This document shows positions 57,979 through 64,000 of a stretch of 64,000 nucleotides of DNA, piece by piece. The notes beneath the pieces were generated by a model that saw nothing but the letters and a program-made list of their open reading frames with translations, was not told where the DNA came from and ran no database searches. The stretch covers positions 7,511 through 71,510 of the forward strand of contig JAEUTP010000017.1 in the NCBI GenBank assembly GCA_016787705.1. Reading direction: 5' to 3'. The stretch comes from Bacteroidia bacterium. Its GTDB lineage: Bacteria; Bacteroidota; Bacteroidia; B-17B0; Aurantibacillaceae. The position numbers and the translations under genes are program-made. The number at the start of each line of letters is the position of its first letter. The stretch's first letter is position 1.

Positions 57979-59556
57979 CTAATCATTAATAAAGGTTACC
58001 TTGCTTTCTTCAATATAATAACTCTTAAGCCAGTTAGAAAGTTTTATGTGATTAGGGTCATTATAAGCCGCACATAAATTACCATAACATGTACTCGAAT
58101 AGCCATTAAGTGTATATAATCCTAATTTTTGAGTGGCAAGCATAACATCAAGATGGAAACTTTCCGAGCCGTCTTTTAAATTTAGTACTGCAATTATTTT
58201 ATTGTTTGCGGTATTTTGCGAACGAATTAAGTTGCACATTCTTTCAGTTTTGTTAATTCTTTCTTGCGTAAGCGAGCGTGACATTTTTTTGTTATCAAAT
58301 AAGTTATCACCTATTACCAGAAAAGCTAAAAACAGGCTTAGCCAAATAGATCTTTCTTTACTAAATTTAGAAAAGTAATAAAGGCTAAGCCATATCATTA
58401 CAAATGTAATAACAATCATAAATCTACTTGTAAGCCTCATGCTTCCAAACCCGGGGAGCATTTGAATATACTTGAACAAAGAGTGGCCGGATTCTGTTCT
58501 CGAAAAAAGTAAAATAAAAAAGCAACAACTAACAACCAAGAATGCACTTAAAAAATTTATTGTTTGTTTTTTAATAACACAATAAATTACATGTATTAAA
58601 GCTATAAAAAAGCCCATGTAACAAAATATACCGGCAAAAAGCTCATGTAAATACCAAAGTGGATATTCTCTCGCCGGTGTATCTCTCAAGAGTTGCCATG
58701 TAATTGAACTATCAACTGGTAAAAAATAACTAAAAAATGTAGGTATGCCTGATACTATTGTGGAGTACTTTTGTGGACCCAGGGCCCTGGCCATATTGAA
58801 ATAAGGTAGTGCTACCAACAAAATTAATACCATGCCCGTAATAGTTACAATGCTTAAACGAATTAATAGTTTTTTGTTAAGGTATGCTACAAACAGTTTT
58901 CTGTTATTGCTATATGATAAATACAATACACCAAAAAAGAATAAAAACATTATTAAGAATATGGCAATATATGCGCTGCAATAAAATTGCAATACTATTG
59001 CTAAAACAAGTAGTATAAAATATTTTTGTTTAGGTTCTTTTAAAAAGGAATAGAATAGTGCAATTGCGATTGGCACAAAAAATTTGCAATTGAATTGCAG
59101 GTGTACAAATTGATTAAAATTGTTTATGCCGAACGCAAACGCATAAGCACCAATAGCGCTTAAAAATGGTTTAAAACCAATTTTTTTAAAGGCAACAAAA
59201 CAAAGCCAGAAATTTAAGATACAACAGCTAAGCCACCACAATTGGTAAGAAGGTTCAACATCAATACCAATAAAACGAAATAGGGCATAAATAGGCAATG
59301 CGCCAGCCATAGAATCGGATATGGCAATATTATCTTTTAAAGGATACATAAAATTGGCGCGCCAAAAATCGGGTTCAATACCGCACAGCCATCTGTAACC
59401 ATGCTCTAGCACATAATTAATAAAGCGTGAATCTCCAAAATCACCGGGAGTATAGGCAAGATCAAAACCTAAGATGCGAAAACAATAGTAATATAAACCA
59501 AAAAAGAAAAGCAGGATAGCAAAAAGATATTCTATTTTTTGTTTGTGTTTTTGCAT
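57979..59556 (-). CDS. Polytopic membrane protein of unknown function (GT-C-like topology)
   Basis: 525 aa, about 12-13 helices. First-loop acidic motif TPGDFGDSRFINYVLEHGYRW, short C-terminal soluble domain. Very AT-rich. Confidence 0.4.
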   Translation of the reverse strand: MQKHKQKIEYLFAILLFFFGLYYYCFRILGFDLAYTPGDFGDSRFINYVLEHGYRWLCGIEPDFWRANFMYPLKDNIAISDSMAGALPIYALFRFIGIDVEPSYQLWWLSCCILNFWLCFVAFKKIGFKPFLSAIGAYAFAFGINNFNQFVHLQFNCKFFVPIAIALFYSFLKEPKQKYFILLVLAIVLQFYCSAYIAIFLIMFLFFFGVLYLSYSNNRKLFVAYLNKKLLIRLSIVTITGMVLILLVALPYFNMARALGPQKYSTIVSGIPTFFSYFLPVDSSITWQLLRDTPAREYPLWYLHELFAGIFCYMGFFIALIHVIYCVIKKQTINFLSAFLVVSCCFFILLFSRTESGHSLFKYIQMLPGFGSMRLTSRFMIVITFVMIWLSLYYFSKFSKERSIWLSLFLAFLVIGDNLFDNKKMSRSLTQERINKTERMCNLIRSQNTANNKIIAVLNLKDGSESFHLDVMLATQKLGLYTLNGYSSTCYGNLCAAYNDPNHIKLSNWLKSYYIEESKVTFIND

Positions 59557-59650
59557 ATGCTTCTAATGTTCAAATATAAGTAGAATCTCTTAATTTGCTT
59601 TATTTAGTAAGGTTTATAACGCAATGAGAGAGCAATTATTATAATATGAT

Positions 59651-59687
59651 AAAAAAAGGCTGAAGTTTTATACTTCAGCCTTTTTTA
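59651..59687 (-). terminator. Rho-independent terminator after purQ (symmetrical, could act in both directions)
   Basis: ggctgaagt (59658..59666) / acttcagcc (59672..59680) 9-bp stem, flanked by an A7 run and a T6 run. Confidence 0.8.
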
Positions 59688-59707
59688 AAAGATTTTATTG
59701 AAAAAAA

Positions 59708-60400
59708 TTAAGCTTCAACTAAATTTAAGATGCTTTCAAATAAGAACTTTCCATCTTCGTTTCCTAATTCTTTATCAGCAGCTCTTTCAGGGTGCGGCAT
59801 CATGCCAAACACATTTCTTTTTTCATTACAAATACCGGCAATGTTATCAGTGGCGCCGTTAGGGTTAGCGGCTTCAGTTATATTTCCATCTTCATCGCAA
59901 TAGCGGAATAAGATCTGGCCATTGGCATTTAATTTTTTTATTGTATCTGCATCAGCAAAATATTTTCCTTCGCCATGCGCAATCGGAATTTTTAACGCTT
60001 TGTTTGCCGGCACCTGTGAAGTAATTAATGAGTTATTTGTTTGCGCTTTAATGTGCACATTCTTGCAAATAAATTTACGTGAGTTGTTATGCAATAAAGC
60101 CCCTGGTAATAAACCGCTTTCGCATAAGATCTGGAAACCGTTGCAAACACCAAATAAAAAGCCACCGTTATTAGCATGTTTAATAACACTTTCCATAATT
60201 GGTGAAAATCTTGCAATGGCACCGCTTCTTAAATAATCACCGTAAGAAAATCCACCTGGTAAAATTATATGAGTGCAACCTTCCAAATCTGTGTCTTTAT
60301 GCCAGAGTTTTATGGTTTCCTGTTTTAAAATATTTTTTAAAACATATACCATATCTTCATCACAATTAGAGCCTGGGAATACAACAACGCCAAATTTCAT
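59708..60400 (-). CDS. purQ: Phosphoribosylformylglycinamidine synthase subunit PurQ (glutaminase)
   Basis: MKFGVVVFPGSNCD, LPGGFSYGDYLR, catalytic Cys block GVCNGFQIL, HGEG and MMPHPER. Confidence 0.9.
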   Translation of the reverse strand: MKFGVVVFPGSNCDEDMVYVLKNILKQETIKLWHKDTDLEGCTHIILPGGFSYGDYLRSGAIARFSPIMESVIKHANNGGFLFGVCNGFQILCESGLLPGALLHNNSRKFICKNVHIKAQTNNSLITSQVPANKALKIPIAHGEGKYFADADTIKKLNANGQILFRYCDEDGNITEAANPNGATDNIAGICNEKRNVFGMMPHPERAADKELGNEDGKFLFESILNLVEA

Positions 60401-60481
60401 TTTATTTTTATTTTAGATTACAAAATTACCAAATACTTTAAACTTTAAAAACAAGGGTTTTTAACATACTGTTAATATAGG

Positions 60482-62029
60482 TTAGAACCAACCTTTTTTC
60501 TTCTTATTACTACCGCCAAGGCCTAATACACCTAATAAGCCACGGGCAACTTCTTTAATAACAGTACGGCCCATTTGCCTTACCATTGTATTTTCTGAGG
60601 CTTTTTCCAATACTGATTTTTCAGCTTTTTGTTTTGTTTTAGGTTTTTCTTCAACTTCTTTTTTATCTTCTTCCGCTTCGCTTATTTTGCCTGTTAATAT
60701 TTCGTAAGCACTTTCCCTGTCAATTACCTGGTTATATTTTGCGGCAATTTTACTTGTAGAAATAATCTCTGTAAGTTCTTCCGAAGATAAAACACCTATT
60801 CTGCTTGCAGGGGCTTTTAAATGAACGGCTGCCAGCGGTGTAGGTATGCCTTTTTCATTTAAAACGCTTACTAATGCCTGGCCAATTCCAAGGCTGGTCA
60901 ACAACTCATCGGTTTTATAAAATTCAGAGATTGGATAATTCTCTGCGGTTTTTTTAATAGCCTTCCTGTCCTTTTCGGTAAAAGCTCTTAGGGCGTGCTG
61001 CACTTTTAAACCCAATTGAGAAAGAACTGCATCGGGTACATCATAAGGATTTTGAGTAATAAAATAAATCCCAACTCCTTTTGAGCGAATTAGTTTTATG
61101 ATCGATTCTATCTGGTCTAACAACGCTTTTGACGCCTCGTTAAAAATTAAATGTGCTTCATCAATAAAAATGCAAAGCTTTGGTTTATCAAGATCGCCTG
61201 CTTCAGGAAAAGAAGTATATACTTCTGCCAAAAGACTAAGCATAAAAGTAGAGAAGAGTTTTGGCTTATCCTGTATATCGCTTAAACGTATAACAGAGGC
61301 AATTCCTTTGCCTTTATTATCAAGCCTTACAAGATCAGCAACCTCAAAACTTTTTTCTCCAAAAAATAATTCTGCTCCCTGGCTTTCCAGCTCAATTATT
61401 TTTCTAAGGATGGTAGAGGTGCTTGTGCTTGTAATATTTCCGTATTCTTTTTTTATTTCTTCTTTGCCTTCGGCAGTTGCAAACTGAAGTAATTGTTTAA
61501 AATCCTTAAGGTCTAAAAGCGGTAATTTTTTATTATCGGCGTATTTAAAAAGTATAGCTACAATGCCGCTTTGTGTATCGTTAAGATCTAATATTTTTGA
61601 AAACAATACAGGGCCAAATTCCGAAACTGTAGCACGCAATCTTACACCCTGTTCTTTTGATAAAGTGAGAAATTCGCTTGTTGTTTCATTGGCTTTAAAA
61701 TCAATGCCAATTAAATTATGACGTTCTTCAATTTTTGGATTAAGCACTGCTGCTTTTGCAATACCACTCAAGTCGCCTTTTAGATCCATTAAAAGTACCG
61801 GAATGCCTGCCTGGCACATACTTTCAGCAATGAGTTGCAAGGTTACTGTTTTGCCGGTTCCGGTAGCACCGGCAATTAGGCCGTGCCTGTTAAGTGTTTT
61901 TAATGGCAGTTTTATAATTACTTCTTTTTGAGCCAGACCATCAAAAAGTGCAGCCCCAAGTGTTATGCTATCTCCACTTGTATTATAACCGGTATTTAGT
62001 TGTTGTTTAAACGCATCAATTTTTTCCAT
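60482..62029 (-). CDS. HerA-like P-loop ATPase, DUF853 (YjgR) family
   Basis: Walker A GATGTGKTV, Walker B CIFIDEAH, C-terminal basic tail. 515 aa is typical of YjgR-like proteins. Confidence 0.8.
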   Translation of the reverse strand: MEKIDAFKQQLNTGYNTSGDSITLGAALFDGLAQKEVIIKLPLKTLNRHGLIAGATGTGKTVTLQLIAESMCQAGIPVLLMDLKGDLSGIAKAAVLNPKIEERHNLIGIDFKANETTSEFLTLSKEQGVRLRATVSEFGPVLFSKILDLNDTQSGIVAILFKYADNKKLPLLDLKDFKQLLQFATAEGKEEIKKEYGNITSTSTSTILRKIIELESQGAELFFGEKSFEVADLVRLDNKGKGIASVIRLSDIQDKPKLFSTFMLSLLAEVYTSFPEAGDLDKPKLCIFIDEAHLIFNEASKALLDQIESIIKLIRSKGVGIYFITQNPYDVPDAVLSQLGLKVQHALRAFTEKDRKAIKKTAENYPISEFYKTDELLTSLGIGQALVSVLNEKGIPTPLAAVHLKAPASRIGVLSSEELTEIISTSKIAAKYNQVIDRESAYEILTGKISEAEEDKKEVEEKPKTKQKAEKSVLEKASENTMVRQMGRTVIKEVARGLLGVLGLGGSNKKKKGWF

Positions 62030-62030
62030 A

Positions 62031-62060
62031 AAAAAAGCCTCACCACAAAGGTAAGGCTTT
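62031..62060 (-). terminator. Rho-independent terminator after the T9SS type B gene
   Basis: The minus strand reads aaaagcctt-acctttgtggtg-aggctttttt: a 6-bp stem (aagcct/aggctt) followed by T6. Confidence 0.6.
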
Positions 62061-62082
62061 TCAATATAAAGTATAAAGCTTT

Positions 62083-64000
62083 TTATTTCATTAAAGTAAC
62101 GTGTCCTGTTTTATTATGGATCTTACCGTCAATATCTTTAAATCTCACTTTGTAAACATAAACGTCTTCTTTTATCGAATCGTCTCCTTTATTATTAACA
62201 GAACCATTCCAGCCAATAGTATAATCTTTTGTATGGAACATTGAGTGTCCCCAACGATCGAAGACTTCCATTTCATATGTTTTAAGATCCAGGCCATATG
62301 GTGAAAAGATAGGAATAAACTCATCATTCAATCCATCAAAGTTTGGTGTAAACGAACTTGGAATGTAGATACCATAATCATTTTTAACCTGTATCATTTT
62401 ACTTAAAACATCTTTACAACCGTTAACTGTTGTAGCAGTTAATGTAACCTCATAATCGCCTGCAACAGGGAAAATAACTTTAGGGTTTACATCATTTAAT
62501 TGATAAAGATTGCCTATTTGCCATTGATAACTATTTGCCCCTAAAACAGTACTTAAATTTGAGAACTGAACTTCAGGTGTCGCAATTGTAACTTCATCCG
62601 GGTTATAGTTGAAATTAGCTCGAGGCATTGCATAAACAACAATTGGATTTGCTAAAACAGCTTGTGTTGAACAGCCAATATCATCCTGATAATTGAATGT
62701 AACAGTATAAGAACCCGGTATGTCAAATGTATGAGTTACACTTAAACCAGGCATTGGATCTGACCCGTCGCCTAAATTCCAAAGACCAGTACCTGTATTT
62801 GCACTAGGTGTATTAAATGTTACTATAATTGGTGAACATCCTTTTTCTAAGTTGCTAACAACCGAAACATTTGGCACTTCGTTAACTGTAATACGCACAG
62901 CACTTGAATCAGGACATAATGAAGCTGTTGGCATAGAGTGTGTAAAATAAGTAACAATGTTATTATCACCAATGTTTGCACTTGCAGGTGTAAATAAACT
63001 TCCCGTAACACCTGGCCCTGACCAAACACCACCGGGATTTTGAACAATGCTGTTTAAGTTAATAGGTGCATCATTTCTGCAATATGGTCCGGCGTATTGT
63101 GAAAGATCAGCAGAAACAAACTTCTCAATATTAATTGTTGTTTGAGCATAAGCAACACAAGGGCCAGCAGTTACACTATAGTTAATAATATTATCACCAA
63201 TTATAGCAAATGAAGGGTTAAATCCACCTGAAGGTGTTGTTGCACCGTTGTTAGCACCACCAAATACACCACCTAATGGTGATACCTGCAATTGCAATGG
63301 AGGCCCAGCATTACAAAATGGCCCTACTTGTGTTATTGCGGGTGTAGCTAATGAATAAACATTTACCGCTGTAGTGGCTTGTGCCGGACATAAGCCACTT
63401 GGCGATGAAGCGGTATTATACGTTAAAATAATATTGCCAACACCCGAAGTTGCAGGATTGAAAGATGTTCCGCTAATACCCGAACCAGTCCAGATACCTA
63501 AATTGTTAGTTGTTAGCGGCACTAAATTAACTTGTGAAGAGGTAACGCAAAGGTCTGGTATAGTACCGGTAATTACTGCCGGCACATAAGCTTCAACCGA
63601 AATAGTTTTTGTATCGGAAACGTTACATGTATTTGTACCAATAATATATGTTACAACATTATTTCCGATTGATGCAAGCCCCGGACTAAACGTTCCGGTA
63701 GAGCTATTGTAAACTGTTGGTGTCCAAGAACCAGTAGTAGGAGATACTAATAACTGGGAACTTGGAGCATTATCACAATATGGCCCAACCTGTGAAATAG
63801 TTGGTTGAGGTGGATTTAAAACATTAACTGTTATTGTTTTTGAATCTGGACATAATGTTGCATTTGCTGCTGATGTAGTGTTATAAGTTAATGTATAAAC
63901 ACCGGTTGGTAAATTAGGAGAGAAAACATTTGCAGAAACACCGGTGCCACTCCAAACACCATTTACCGTGCTTTGCACAATTGTCATAAGATTGGTAGGC
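62083..64000 (-). CDS. Large surface protein with Ig-like/PKD repeats and T9SS type B (gliding-associated, CHU_C-type) C-terminal domain; N-terminus lies beyond the window
   Basis: Repeated W(S/T)G.G(V/I)....F.P modules and a PKD-like segment. C-terminal IPSSFTPNFDGLNDEF...VYVYKV is the type B sorting-domain signature. The frame stays open to coordinate 64000. Confidence 0.8.
   Translation of the reverse strand, partial: PTNLMTIVQSTVNGVWSGTGVSANVFSPNLPTGVYTLTYNTTSAANATLCPDSKTITVNVLNPPQPTISQVGPYCDNAPSSQLLVSPTTGSWTPTVYNSSTGTFSPGLASIGNNVVTYIIGTNTCNVSDTKTISVEAYVPAVITGTIPDLCVTSSQVNLVPLTTNNLGIWTGSGISGTSFNPATSGVGNIILTYNTASSPSGLCPAQATTAVNVYSLATPAITQVGPFCNAGPPLQLQVSPLGGVFGGANNGATTPSGGFNPSFAIIGDNIINYSVTAGPCVAYAQTTINIEKFVSADLSQYAGPYCRNDAPINLNSIVQNPGGVWSGPGVTGSLFTPASANIGDNNIVTYFTHSMPTASLCPDSSAVRITVNEVPNVSVVSNLEKGCSPIIVTFNTPSANTGTGLWNLGDGSDPMPGLSVTHTFDIPGSYTVTFNYQDDIGCSTQAVLANPIVVYAMPRANFNYNPDEVTIATPEVQFSNLSTVLGANSYQWQIGNLYQLNDVNPKVIFPVAGDYEVTLTATTVNGCKDVLSKMIQVKNDYGIYIPSSFTPNFDGLNDEFIPIFSPYGLDLKTYEMEVFDRWGHSMFHTKDYTIGWNGSVNNKGDDSIKEDVYVYKVRFKDIDGKIHNKTGHVTLMK

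Noticed and set aside
1038-63589. About 45 short track ORFs (60-132 aa) lying inside longer genes on the opposite strand or in another frame. Examples: 1038..1232, 4892..5218, 9201..9527, 21352..21693, 24154..24534, 27650..27997, 37585..37863, 42812..43186, 61098..61487, 63374..63589.
   Set aside because: Each is fully embedded in a longer ORF with strong family motifs. Their translations are low-complexity or have odd composition (rich in S/C/I/F/K runs typical of antisense reading of AT-rich genes), and none has a recognisable motif.
1-64000. Search for CRISPR arrays, tRNA/rRNA/tmRNA genes, transposases, integrases, phage modules, toxin-antitoxin pairs and recognisable defence genes
   Set aside because: The window is about 95% occupied by long ORFs with housekeeping or envelope functions. 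The largest non-coding gaps (243 and 190 nt) contain no repeat-spacer pattern or cloverleaf-like sequence. No translation shows DDE, tyrosine/serine recombinase, or typical defence (nuclease, Cas, TIR or similar) motifs that I can recognise.

Overview
Low-GC, almost fully coding chromosomal segment of Bacteroidota type. The taxon call rests on T9SS type A and type B C-terminal sorting domains, a GldN-like protein, a long NusB, and no obvious Shine-Dalgarno usage. I call about 50 CDS. I found no rRNA or tRNA genes, no CRISPR array, and no recognisable transposase, integrase, phage or toxin-antitoxin genes. All protein calls come from reading the supplied translations against family motifs I remember; no searches were run.

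Most content is housekeeping:
- purine synthesis: purN, purQ
- translation: gatB, pheT, prmC, nusB
- branched-chain amino-acid metabolism: Leu dehydrogenase, ilvE
- lipid A (lpxH) and NAD (nadE)
- polyamines: arginine decarboxylase plus an arginase-family hydrolase
- a complete elongasome block, mreB-mreC-mreD-mrdA-rodA

Four T9SS cargo proteins are present: an S8 protease, a 1616-aa GEVED-repeat protein, a serine hydrolase and a partial type-B protein.

The most unusual region is 48.3-59.6 kb.
- The elongasome block continues on the same strand into a class A PBP.
- The scoA and scoB genes of a 3-oxoacid CoA-transferase are separated by a 4.1-kb three-gene cassette: a GT-C-like polytopic membrane protein, an MBOAT O-acyltransferase and a membrane-anchored partner.
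- AT-rich GT-C-like membrane genes flank this area.
- This is my best candidate for an undescribed envelope-modification system, but it is a hypothesis from gene order and motifs only.

Other points worth a second look:
- a G9 homopolymer inside the glycosyltransferase motif of the class A PBP
- ancient intragenic repeats in the giant T9SS protein that differ only synonymously over a 28-codon core
- an orphan GldN-like gene
- several 25-65 bp intergenic palindromic elements; three of them share a two-direct-plus-two-inverted motif layout
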